Below, piece by piece: positions 19,688 to 30,290 of a stretch of DNA of 57,403 nt. Where the stretch lies: contig CAZJVE010000007.1 in the NCBI GenBank assembly GCA_964549685.1, forward strand, positions 1 to 57,403, given 5' to 3'. The stretch's first letter is position 1; each line of letters opens with the position of its first letter. The translations under genes were made by a program, and so were the position numbers. The stretch comes from an uncultured archaeon. Lineage in GTDB: Archaea; Altiarchaeota; Altiarchaeia; IMC4; QMZM01. The notes under the pieces were generated by a model. The model saw only the letters and a program-made list of their open reading frames with translations. It ran no database searches and was not told the DNA's origin.

Positions 19688-21052
19688 ATGAAGCCTCGCC
19701 ATGAGTGTGCAGTCTTTGGCATAAAATCAGACTCTGATGTTTTCGATAAGATATATCTCGGCCTTTATTCCATGCAACACCGCGGCCAGGAATCCGCGGG
19801 GATTGCGACCTTTTCTGACAAGATTGATGTTCACAGGGAGATGGGCCTCGTTTCCGAGATATTCAAGGGCGTTTATCTCGAGGGGAATTCCGGCATAGGG
19901 CATGTCAGGTATTCAACGACCGGCGAATCAGGAATAGAGAACGCCCAGCCATTGACGATAAACTATGCCGAGGGAAGCTTTGCCATCGCCCATAACGGAA
20001 ATCTGATAAATTCCAAGGAACTGAGAGATGAGCTGGAGAAGAAGGGCAGCGTTTTTACTACGACTACGGATACCGAGATTATAGCCCAGATGATAGTGCA
20101 GGAGCATCTAAGGAGCGGAGACTTTATGAAAGGCCTGAAGGAGGCGATGAAGCAGCTGAGGGGCGCCTATTGCCTCGTCATCCTCAAGGGCGAGGAGATT
20201 ATAGCCATAAGGGACCCCTGGGCAGTCCACCCCCTGGTTCTCGGAAAGTCAAAGGACAGCTATGTCATAGCTTCAGAGAGCTGCGCCCTTGACACCGTTG
20301 ATGTACCTCTTGTGAGGGACATAAAACCCGGGGAGATTCTCGTCATCGGGGATGAGTTGAAATCATATTCCCTAGGTAAGGAGAAGATATCACGCTGCAT
20401 GTTCGAGTACGTATATTTTGCAAGAGCCGACTCCGTTCTGGACGGAATCAACGTCTATGACGTCAGAAAGAATCTCGGCAGAACACTGCACAAGGAGGCC
20501 CCTGTAAAGGCAGACCTGACTACGGCAGTTCCTGATTCCGGCATTACCACTGCAATCGGATATTCAAGGGAGTCGAAGATTCCCTACGGAGAGAGCCTGA
20601 TGAAGAACCGATATCTTGGCAGGACATTCATAATGCCGGAGCAGAAGGAGAGAGAGGTTGGAGTCAAGCTGAAGTTCAACCCCATAAAGAGCGAGATAAA
20701 GGGCAAAAAGATAGTCCTTACTGACGACTCAATAGTCAGAGGCACTACGGTAAGGAACCTGATAAATCTCCTGAGGAAGGCCGGGGCAAAGGAGGTGCAC
20801 GTGAGAATCTCCTGCCCTCCTGTGAAACACCCCTGCTTCTATGGGATTGACATGCAGACTGAGGAAGAATTCATTGCTTCAAATAAATCGGTCAAGGACA
20901 TATGCAATGAGATTGGCGCTGATTCACTGGCATATACAAGCCTCGAGGGACTGATAAAGGCCATAGGAATCCCCAAGAAGAATCTGTGCCTTGCCTGCCT
21001 TACCGGAGACTATCCGATAAAAGAGGAGCAAACGAAGCTGAAAGTTGAATAA
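19688..21052 (+). CDS. purF: Amidophosphoribosyltransferase
   Basis: Start at ATG 19688 (MKPRHE-C, short propeptide); 'QHRGQ', 'GHVRYST', 'DDSIVRG', Fe-S cysteines 'CLAC'. Confidence 0.96.
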   Translation: MKPRHECAVFGIKSDSDVFDKIYLGLYSMQHRGQESAGIATFSDKIDVHREMGLVSEIFKGVYLEGNSGIGHVRYSTTGESGIENAQPLTINYAEGSFAIAHNGNLINSKELRDELEKKGSVFTTTTDTEIIAQMIVQEHLRSGDFMKGLKEAMKQLRGAYCLVILKGEEIIAIRDPWAVHPLVLGKSKDSYVIASESCALDTVDVPLVRDIKPGEILVIGDELKSYSLGKEKISRCMFEYVYFARADSVLDGINVYDVRKNLGRTLHKEAPVKADLTTAVPDSGITTAIGYSRESKIPYGESLMKNRYLGRTFIMPEQKEREVGVKLKFNPIKSEIKGKKIVLTDDSIVRGTTVRNLINLLRKAGAKEVHVRISCPPVKHPCFYGIDMQTEEEFIASNKSVKDICNEIGADSLAYTSLEGLIKAIGIPKKNLCLACLTGDYPIKEEQTKLKVE

Positions 21053-22114
21053 CGACAGGCCTTATCTGATTGCCGGAATAGACCCTGGCACGACCACAGG
21101 GATAGCGATTCTCGATTTTGATGGAGAACTTCTCAGTCTTTTCAGCTCCAAGGACCTGAGTCTGGACAAGGTGATAAAATACCTTACTGGATTCGGAAAG
21201 GTTTCTCTCATAGCGGTTGACGTGAAACCAGCTCCCGGCTTCGTTACGAGGCTTGCGACAAAGCTGGGCTCTTATCTTTTTGTGCCTGAGGAGCCATTGC
21301 ATGTCAGCGAGAAGATTGAACTGACAAGGGGCAATAAGACCAAGAATTCTCATCAGCGGGATGCACTTGCTGCGGCATTAACAGCCCATCATAAATTCAA
21401 GAATAAATTCATGAAAATAGACTCCCTTGGCCTTGGGGATGAGGTGAAGGATTTGGTTCTTCATGGGATATCGACCAATGATGCGGTGAAGATGCTCAAG
21501 GAGGAGGAAGAGGAGGAAATAGTAGAGCTGGAGGAAGAAAGTCCCGCGAGAATTCCTTCACCGAAGGAAATTAGGATAAGGAAGTTAGAGAAGCAGAACT
21601 CAACCCTCAGGAAGGAGATTCTCGCGAGGGAAAAGGAGATAAAAGAGCTGAAGGAGGGCATGGTGAAGATAAAGGGCACCTACCGCTTGAGGCTGAGGAA
21701 GGAAAAGGAGATTGAGAAAAGGGACGGCATAATCAAAAAGCTTGAGAAATCGGTCATTGAACTTAAGGGAAAACTCAGGGGCGTTGACAAACTCGGAGAT
21801 ATACTCCGGGAAATGGCCATGGGTAGAGCTAAAGCAGTTGGAGTCTTCCCTGAGGTCTATGACGGGCTTTCTATGATAAAGAAAAATCCAAGAAAGAAGG
21901 AATCCTCCATCCTTGGGGAGGTTCAGATAGCGTTCGTTGACGACCAGGGGATAGAAAAGCATCTGCAGGGAATGGGAATATTCACGGCCGATGCGAAGGA
22001 TCTTAAGGACATTGAAGGATTCCTCTCCGTAGATAACAAAAAGCTGCAAAAAATCAGGAAATCAAAGCGAGTGCCTTTACATGACATAGTCAAGAGCTAC
22101 AGGGATAGTAGGAA

Positions 22115-22118
<4 letters not shown>
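21045..22118 (+). CDS. DUF460-family protein (RNase H-like fold plus coiled coil)
   Basis: 'IAGIDPGTTTGIA', 'HQRDALAAA', coiled-coil middle region. Confidence 0.85.
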
Positions 22119-23448
<1,330 letters not shown>

Positions 23449-23517
23449 CTATATCACCTTCTTAATACTTTATCGTCTTTATTTATATCCTCTTTAGCTC
23501 TATATTCTATTAGGAAC

Positions 23518-23991
23518 ATGAAACCAAAGATTGAGAATAAATATGTTGGATTATTTCTGCCCTTCTCCATATTGGTTCTCATATTCGTTGCCCTTATGAT
23601 CTCAGTTACCCTAGGTGGCATGGACTCCGCCCTTGACCCCTATATCCTGCTCTCCGTCATCCTGCTATTTTTCTTTATCGTCATGATTCTTGTGATTACC
23701 GTTCTCTATCTGATGTTCACCAGCGTCTTCTTACACAGGAAAGACGTCCTTGAAATAGAGCCAGAGCAGATAAGGAAGATGAACGACGCCGAGCTGTCTG
23801 ATTTACTCCACCAACTAAAAATCAAAAAGGAAAAGATTGAATACATGCTGAAGATAGCAAAGTCCAAATATCACAAGAGGGAGATGGACGAGAAAAGTCT
23901 CCAGGAGATAACAAAGGAGAACCAGGAAAAGTTACTCAGGATTGAAATGAAGATGAAGGAGCTCGGGGACCAGATAAATAAGATCAAATAG
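23518..23991 (+). CDS. Hypothetical membrane protein (2 TM plus cytoplasmic coiled coil)
   Basis: Two hydrophobic helices followed by a K/E-rich helical tail; TTTATATC box about 30 nt upstream. Confidence 0.7.
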   Translation: MKPKIENKYVGLFLPFSILVLIFVALMISVTLGGMDSALDPYILLSVILLFFFIVMILVITVLYLMFTSVFLHRKDVLEIEPEQIRKMNDAELSDLLHQLKIKKEKIEYMLKIAKSKYHKREMDEKSLQEITKENQEKLLRIEMKMKELGDQINKIK

Positions 23992-24005
23992 AATAATATG
24001 TAAAA

Positions 24006-24746
24006 ATGACGGTTGAAAGGATAGAAACAGGGATAGACGGCTTTGATGCTCTTATTGAGGGCGGTTTCCCAAGGAAATCATGTATTCTTCTTTCAGGAAT
24101 GCCCGGAACCGGAAAGACAATCTTCGGGCTCCAGTATCTCTGCCATGGTGCAAGGAACGGTGAAAAAGGCCTCTATGTGACCTTTGAGCAGAATATGGAC
24201 GACCTTATATCCAATGTCAGTGCATTTGAGTGGGACATCCCCGGTTTGATGGATACCGGCAATCTAGAATTACTCTCGATGGACATAGCGGAATTCAAGA
24301 TTGATGAGCTGGTGAAAAGGTTAAAAGACGGGGGCCATAAAAGGCTTGTTCTGGACTCCCTATCCACAATTCTTTCTCACCCCAAAATACTGGAGGAGGT
24401 TGACACATCCTACATGTTCGTCGACAAGCTGGACAGGCTGATTCCAACAATCACGGACATAAGCATCGCCACCCGCTTTATTGTATACAACACAGTCAAG
24501 AAGATAAAATCCCTGGACTGCACCACCATCATAACCTCAGAGCTTCTGATGGACTCAAAGAGCCTCAGCAGGGACACAATATCGGAATTCCTTGCTGACG
24601 GAGTAATAACTCTTCAGTATATAATGTCCGGTGTGGATACAGGCAGGAATCTCATGATAAGGAAGATAAGGAGCACCACCCACAGCGAGAACATCCACCC
24701 CATAGAGTTTAAAAAAGGAGTTGGCTTCAGCGTTCTTACACCCTAA
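24006..24746 (+). CDS. Single-domain KaiC/RAD55-family ATPase
   Basis: 'ETGIDGFD', Walker A GMPGTGKT, 'LVLDSL', 'EFLADGVI', 'IRKIRST'. Confidence 0.9.
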   Translation: MTVERIETGIDGFDALIEGGFPRKSCILLSGMPGTGKTIFGLQYLCHGARNGEKGLYVTFEQNMDDLISNVSAFEWDIPGLMDTGNLELLSMDIAEFKIDELVKRLKDGGHKRLVLDSLSTILSHPKILEEVDTSYMFVDKLDRLIPTITDISIATRFIVYNTVKKIKSLDCTTIITSELLMDSKSLSRDTISEFLADGVITLQYIMSGVDTGRNLMIRKIRSTTHSENIHPIEFKKGVGFSVLTP

Positions 24747-24787
24747 TTCTGGAATTTAATGATAGATTGCATATATTTCTACTACAC

Positions 24788-24860
24788 GCGTCCATAGTCT
24801 AGTCTGGTAGGACTTCGGCCTTCCAAGCCGATAACTCGGGTTCAAATCCCGATGGGCGCA
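24788..24860 (+). tRNA. tRNA-Gly (TCC)
   Basis: Acceptor GCGTCCA/TGGGCGC, anticodon arm TCGGC-CTTCCAA-GCCGA, T-loop TTCAAAT; no intron, no encoded CCA. Confidence 0.95.
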
Positions 24861-24896
24861 AACGGCTCACTAAAAGGCTAACAGAAACAGAATTCA

Positions 24897-25058
24897 CTAC
24901 TTGTCATTCTCATCAGAGGTGTGTTGTTCGCACTGTTTTGCATAGTCAGCAGCTATGACGATATTAAAGCAATTGCAGAAGTTTGCCGGCACCGAGTCCA
25001 GTTCGCTATGGTGTCTGCATTCGTTGCAACTCCTCATCACTCTGTTGAATATTCCCAT
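24897..25058 (-). CDS. 53-aa Cys/His-rich small protein
   Basis: Manual translation: MGIFNRVMRSCNECRHHSELDSVPANFCNCFNIVIAADYAKQCEQHTSDENDK*. Fills the gap between the two tRNAs. Confidence 0.55.
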   Translation of the reverse strand: MGIFNRVMRSCNECRHHSELDSVPANFCNCFNIVIAADYAKQCEQHTSDENDK

Positions 25059-25107
25059 TTTAAGGTCTATATTTTAATATCTCAGTCAAGATTAATATAT
25101 CCCTAGG

Positions 25108-25180
25108 AGCCCCGTAGGGTAGTGGACAATCCTGCAAGGCTTTGGACCTTGTGACGGAGGTTCGAATCCTCCCGGGGCTA
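25108..25180 (+). tRNA. tRNA-Gln (TTG)
   Basis: Acceptor AGCCCCG/CGGGGCT (A1-U72, typical of archaeal tRNA-Gln), anticodon arm CAAGG-CTTTGGA-CCTTG, T arm GGAGG-TTCGAAT-CCTCC. Confidence 0.95.
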
Positions 25181-25386
25181 AACTGTCACGTCAGTTTACA
25201 CCGAAACGGGTTTGTGGGGTTAATGGAAAACCTTTTGGTTTTTCATTTTTTGCAAATCTTCGATTTGCAAAATCGCTAACGCTCAACCCCACTTAACGCA
25301 TTGTGAATTCCCTAGCGAAAAGCAAGGGAATTCAAGGGAGGTGTCGGAACCGTAGGTTCTGACGTTCGAATCCTCCCGGGGCTAAA
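25160..25386 (+). repeat. 23-bp direct repeat of the tRNA-Gln 3' end (25160-25182 and 25364-25386)
   Basis: GTTCGAATCCTCCCGGGGCTAAA occurs twice, identical. Confidence 0.92.
25183..25363. mobile_element. 181-bp multi-hairpin non-coding insert (putative non-autonomous element or structured RNA)
   Basis: Five clear stems of 8-11 bp, lying between att-like repeats. The mobile-element call is inferred. Confidence 0.5.
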
Positions 25387-25391
25387 ATATT

Positions 25392-26357
25392 CTAACCCCT
25401 CGCTATGATGAATGCCAGATAGCAGATATAAAGGGTAACGAAGAGGAGCCCCTGCCACCTCTCCAATTTGTGTTTCTTTCCAACGAACATGAACAGGAAC
25501 AAAAGGACTGTTACGAAGACCAGGAATAAGATATCAATATTTATGAAGTAGGGGATTTTAATTGGGGTTATCAGGGACGTGACTCCAAGTATCCAGAATA
25601 CGTTGAATATGTTCGAGCCGACGATGTTGCCTACTGCCAGGTCAACGTCCTTCTTCATCACGGCGATAATGGAGGTTACAAGCTCCGGAAGAGAGGTTCC
25701 AAGAGCAACTATGGTCGCGGATATCAGGAACTGGCTCATTCCAAACTGCTCCGCAATAAAGACAGCACCCTCGACAACCCACCTCCCTCCAAGATACAGG
25801 CCTACTAATCCACAGGCCATCATCAAAGAGATTCTGGCATAGGTAAGTTCCTTAATCTCCAGCTTCTCGTCCTCAAGATACTTTTTATTCTTCCTTGCTG
25901 ATTCGATGGTGTAATAGAGGAATATCGTAAAGAAAAGCAGCAGGATTAATCCATCGCCTCTTGTCAATGAGAATACCCCTATCTGGTCTATGATGAAATC
26001 GTTGGAGACCACGAACAGGGCAATAACTGCAAGGAGGGAAAAGGGAATCTCCTTCCAGACCGTGGATTTCTTAAGTCTCAGGGGATAGAGAATGGCTGTC
26101 AGACCCAGAATCAGGAGAATGTTCGAGAGGTTGCTGCCTATTATGTTTCCGAACGTTATGTCCGTGGTGCCCTTAATGGCAGCAAATACATTCACAATCA
26201 ATTCTGGCGTGGAGGTTCCGAAGGCGACTATGGTTAGGCCTATCATGAGCGTGGGTACGCCCATTTTTTTGGCCATAGATGATGATGCGTCGACCAGAAA
26301 ATCGGCTCCTTTGAGCAGAAGAACGACCCCCGCGATGAATAGAATATATTCAATCAT
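25392..26357 (-). CDS. Ca2+/Na+ antiporter (YrbG/NCX family)
   Basis: Two alpha repeats: 'GTSTPE...GNIIGSN' and 'GTSLPE...GNIVGSN'. Confidence 0.95.
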   Translation of the reverse strand: MIEYILFIAGVVLLLKGADFLVDASSSMAKKMGVPTLMIGLTIVAFGTSTPELIVNVFAAIKGTTDITFGNIIGSNLSNILLILGLTAILYPLRLKKSTVWKEIPFSLLAVIALFVVSNDFIIDQIGVFSLTRGDGLILLLFFTIFLYYTIESARKNKKYLEDEKLEIKELTYARISLMMACGLVGLYLGGRWVVEGAVFIAEQFGMSQFLISATIVALGTSLPELVTSIIAVMKKDVDLAVGNIVGSNIFNVFWILGVTSLITPIKIPYFINIDILFLVFVTVLLFLFMFVGKKHKLERWQGLLFVTLYICYLAFIIARG

Positions 26358-26361
26358 GATA

Positions 26362-29300
26362 TTAAGTCAGCTTAACCCCTACAATCTGCGACAGCCCCTC
26401 CGTCATGGAGACGCCTATCACAGAATCGGCGTGCTTTATGACATAATCGTTATGGGTTATCAGCATAAACTGGGCTGCAGATTTCTTGAGCATCTCCGCA
26501 AACCTGAGGGAATTCTCCTTGTCGAGGGGGGCATCAAGCTCATCCACGATGTAGAAATCAGCAGGCCTGTACTGCTGTATCGCAAGCAAGAATGCCGAGC
26601 AAGTCACCACCTTCTCGCCCCCGGACATGGAGTCCATGTTGACAAGTCTCTTTCCCTTGGGTGAGGCGCTTATCAGCAAGCCAGAGTCTGATATCTCCCT
26701 TGGGTTGTTCAGTGTCAGGGTACCTTCCCCTCCTGACAAATCGTGATACATCCCCTCGAAGTTCTCCTTTATTACATTAAATGTCTCCATGAAGACCTCC
26801 CTCTTCCTTGCCTCGACCTTTTCCATGAACTCAAATATAGACTGCCTTTCCTCCTTGAGAGTGTCGAGCTTATTACTGACGTCCTCGAACTCCTCATTCA
26901 CCTTGTCGTAGGCCTCAATTGCTCTCATATTTACTGCCTCGAAGCCCTCCAGCTGCGCCTCAATATCGGCGACCTGCCTCTCCATCTGACTGACGCTGCC
27001 CTCCAGAACCTCAACATCAGTATAGATTTTGAATTCCAGCTCAAGGTCTGAGAGTTTGGTCTCGACCTTCGCCTTGTTTATCTGCATCTTGTTTAGTCTC
27101 TCACTGATTGCATTTATCTGATGTTCCGTCTCCCCTATACTCTCGCCCAGCTTGGTTATGCCATCCTCAATCTCTGCTCTTTTAGTCATTAACTTTTCCA
27201 CTCTTTCAGCAATATCGTTGTTCTCCTTTACCTTACTTTCCAGTTCCTTTTCAAGACTTGCAACGTCCTTTCTTTTCTGCTCCAGTTCCTCTGTGAGGGA
27301 ATCCATCTCTTGCTTTAGAGTAGAGGATTCGCTCTTGATTTCCTTAATCTGCTCCTCTATCAGTTGCTGTCTTTCCAGCAGCTTGTTCTTCTCTATTTCG
27401 ATGTCTCTCTTCTTATCCCTCAGCTCCTCCAGCTCACTGAGGTCGGCCTGCGGTGCCTTCTTCCCGACCTTTTTGAGTTCTTCCCCATAGGTTTCAATAT
27501 CCCTTTTTATTCTCTCTGTTTCGGAATCGCCATCTGATATCTCCTTTTTAAGATTCTTAATCTTGTTGTTGATTCCATTAATGTCCTTCTTTAATTCCGC
27601 TCTCTTCTCCTTTATCGAGTCCTTCTCCACCTTTATCCTTTCAACGTTGGTTCTTCCACTTCCTACTGGGGCTTCAAGGTTCGATAATCTGTCCTCGATT
27701 TTCCTTTTCCTGAGTTCGAGTTCCTGTCTCTCACCATCAAGTGCGAGTATCCTCTTTTCGATATCTCCTATATCATCCTCAAGGTCCTCCGTGTTTGAAA
27801 AAGAGAGAGAAATCTTTTTTGTATAACCTCCCGTCATGGCCCCAGAGAGCTCTACCAGGTCTCCATCAAGAGTGGCCATTCTCCATTTCCCTATCCCTAT
27901 GGACTTTGCACTCTCAAGATTGTTTACCAGGATGGTGTCCCTGAAGACATACTCAAATATGGGTTTGAATTTATCCTTCGTGTCTATGAAATCCCTTGCA
28001 AAGCCTATTGAACCCTTTGGAGCATTGCTCTTTATTATCGCTTTGACCTTATTTAGGGGGAGGAAGGTTGCCCTGCCTATTTTCCTGTCCCGGAGGTACT
28101 TTATGCATTTATTGGCGCTATCCTCATTATCGACCACTATATTCATCATCCTGCTTCCGGCAGCTATCTGCAGGGCGGTCTCATACCTCGAATCGGAAAC
28201 GGAGCCGAGCTGAAACACTGTTCCATGAATTCCTGGGATTACCTCCTTCAGCTTCATCACAGCACCCACGCCCCTCATAACTCCCCCGGAGCTCTTCTCC
28301 AGGGTCTTTACCTCCGTTTTCTTCTCTGTTAATTCCAGCCTGAGTGCATTGAGCGAATTCCCGACCTTCCTCTCCTTCTCCAGAATGGATGGAAGCTCCT
28401 TTTTTAGCCCTTCGAATTCGTCAAAGTTCTCTTTATTCTGTGTCAGCTTTTCATCTATGTTCCTCGCCAGGATTTTCTCATTCTCGAGGAGGCCGTTCAT
28501 ACTCTCTTCCAGTTCCTGCACCTCCTTCTCCAGAGAGGATATCTCCTCCAGACCCCTTTCCTTCAGACTCAGAATCGTGTCTCTCTTCGATTGCAGCTCA
28601 AATATTTTCGTCTTGAACCTGTCCAGCTTTCCATCAGCCTTGGAATCAACCACCTTCTTGGACTCCTTATTTATCTTCTTTGACAAGTCGGCAAGCTTCT
28701 TGTCGAATTCTTCAATGCCGTTACTTATCTCCTTGTTTTCTCTCCTGAATTCATTGACCTTTTTATCCCTTTCCGACGTCTCATTATCTGCCCTCTCAAG
28801 GTCCTGCTCAAGGCCCTCGACTCTGTCCTGCATTCTCAGGAGCTCGCCTTTCAGCTCGTAAACGCCACCCTGCCCCCTTTCCTCCTCCAGCTTCAGAATC
28901 TCGGAGTTTATATCCTTCAGCTCTCCGTTCTTCTCTGAGATGTCGTTCCTCACAGTTGATATTGAATTCTCACTCTCACCCTTTTCTTTCTCAAGCTCTT
29001 GAATCTCTTTCTCAACGTTCCCGAGCTTCTCCTTATGCCTGCCTATGAGTATGTGGAGAATGCTACCCTTATATTGCTCAAGGTCACTCTTAAACTTTTT
29101 GTACCTGAGTGCATCATCTCTTTCCTTCCCAAGTTGATTGAGGTAGCCCTGCTTTTCGCCCAGTATCAGCTGCGTATCAGAAATCCTCTTCTCGACCTTC
29201 TCCAGTTCCCTGATGGCCTTCTCCTTCTTCTTATCGTATTCTCCAATACCGCAGAGGTCATCGACAACTTTTCTCCTGTCCTTTGGATTCATGTCTATGA

Positions 29301-29706
29301 GCTTCGTGATGTCGTCCTGCAGAATTATGTTATACTCATTGTCTCCAAGCAGTTCTATCAGCTCCTGCTTCGTTGTCCTCTTGTCGTCCTTCCGGTATAT
29401 GCTCTTGCCCTCCCCGTCGACCTCTCTCGAAACCTTGACCTTATTTCCGTTGCCGTCGTTGAGGTGCATGCTTACAACTGCTATATCCGAGGAATCTCCA
29501 TGCAAGCCTCCATTACATATGAGGTCCTGCATATTATTCGACCTTATGCCCCTGTTCCGACCAAGAACGAAGCATATGGACTCAACAATGTTGCTCTTCC
29601 CGGAACCGTTTGGACCCACAATGGCAGTGAATTCACTTGGGAATTCGAGAACCGTTTTGTCCTTGAAGGACTTAAAACCTTTAATCTCTATTTTATCTAG
29701 ACGCAT
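26362..29706 (-). CDS. smc: Chromosome segregation protein SMC
   Basis: Walker A GPNGSGKS, hinge 'GRATFLPL', signature 'MSGGEK', Walker B 'IVDELD', long coiled coils. Confidence 0.96.
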   Translation of the reverse strand: MRLDKIEIKGFKSFKDKTVLEFPSEFTAIVGPNGSGKSNIVESICFVLGRNRGIRSNNMQDLICNGGLHGDSSDIAVVSMHLNDGNGNKVKVSREVDGEGKSIYRKDDKRTTKQELIELLGDNEYNIILQDDITKLIDMNPKDRRKVVDDLCGIGEYDKKKEKAIRELEKVEKRISDTQLILGEKQGYLNQLGKERDDALRYKKFKSDLEQYKGSILHILIGRHKEKLGNVEKEIQELEKEKGESENSISTVRNDISEKNGELKDINSEILKLEEERGQGGVYELKGELLRMQDRVEGLEQDLERADNETSERDKKVNEFRRENKEISNGIEEFDKKLADLSKKINKESKKVVDSKADGKLDRFKTKIFELQSKRDTILSLKERGLEEISSLEKEVQELEESMNGLLENEKILARNIDEKLTQNKENFDEFEGLKKELPSILEKERKVGNSLNALRLELTEKKTEVKTLEKSSGGVMRGVGAVMKLKEVIPGIHGTVFQLGSVSDSRYETALQIAAGSRMMNIVVDNEDSANKCIKYLRDRKIGRATFLPLNKVKAIIKSNAPKGSIGFARDFIDTKDKFKPIFEYVFRDTILVNNLESAKSIGIGKWRMATLDGDLVELSGAMTGGYTKKISLSFSNTEDLEDDIGDIEKRILALDGERQELELRKRKIEDRLSNLEAPVGSGRTNVERIKVEKDSIKEKRAELKKDINGINNKIKNLKKEISDGDSETERIKRDIETYGEELKKVGKKAPQADLSELEELRDKKRDIEIEKNKLLERQQLIEEQIKEIKSESSTLKQEMDSLTEELEQKRKDVASLEKELESKVKENNDIAERVEKLMTKRAEIEDGITKLGESIGETEHQINAISERLNKMQINKAKVETKLSDLELEFKIYTDVEVLEGSVSQMERQVADIEAQLEGFEAVNMRAIEAYDKVNEEFEDVSNKLDTLKEERQSIFEFMEKVEARKREVFMETFNVIKENFEGMYHDLSGGEGTLTLNNPREISDSGLLISASPKGKRLVNMDSMSGGEKVVTCSAFLLAIQQYRPADFYIVDELDAPLDKENSLRFAEMLKKSAAQFMLITHNDYVIKHADSVIGVSMTEGLSQIVGVKLT

Positions 29707-29750
29707 CGTGTTAATTATCTATTCGATGAACAGGTTTATAATTATTAAGT

Positions 29751-30290
29751 ATGATTTCAATCCTCTATGATGTGAATCGCTACAGGAAATTCCTGGCTGA
29801 ACAGGTTAATGAAGGCAGCGTTGTGATAGAGATTGGACCCCACCTCGGGGAGAGCACGAAGCTTTATGTTGAGAAGACAAAGCTTACCGTTGCTGTAGAC
29901 AAGAGCAGTCAGACCGAGAAGGCATTTGAAAAGATTCTACCTGAATTCAAAAACTTGAGATTGGTGAAGGGAGATGCAAGGGATTTCGAAACTATAAAAA
30001 AAGCCATGAATCTAACAAAAAGGTGCGACGTCCTTGCGGTCGACATGGGAGGGGGCCGCTTTTCCGATACGGTCTTCAAGGTCTGGGCGACATGGGCCGG
30101 AATCTTCAGGCCCAAGCACTCGGTGCTGAGGAACCGTGGCCTTGCGGAATTCATCCAGCGGGCAGAGATTCACGACAAGTCAGTAATCAAGAAATTCCCG
30201 GACGACGGATGGCTCGCGGAGTGGGGCAGAAAAACGCCACATGCCCTTGAGAAGCAGCTAAAGGAATTCGAGTTCTGGGTCGATTTATAG
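29751..30290 (+). CDS. Class I SAM-dependent methyltransferase-like protein
   Basis: Motif I 'VIEIGPHLG', 'AVDKS', 'KGDA'. Confidence 0.75.
   Translation: MISILYDVNRYRKFLAEQVNEGSVVIEIGPHLGESTKLYVEKTKLTVAVDKSSQTEKAFEKILPEFKNLRLVKGDARDFETIKKAMNLTKRCDVLAVDMGGGRFSDTVFKVWATWAGIFRPKHSVLRNRGLAEFIQRAEIHDKSVIKKFPDDGWLAEWGRKTPHALEKQLKEFEFWVDL

Noticed and set aside
24921-25106. 61-aa plus-strand ORF between the tRNAs
   Set aside because: It runs through the tRNA-Gln promoter; the minus-strand Cys-patterned ORF is more credible.
25108-25386. Reading the 181-bp insert as a tRNA intron or split tRNA
   Set aside because: The first copy is already a complete 73-nt tRNA, and the second 3' end lacks the 5' strand of the T stem.
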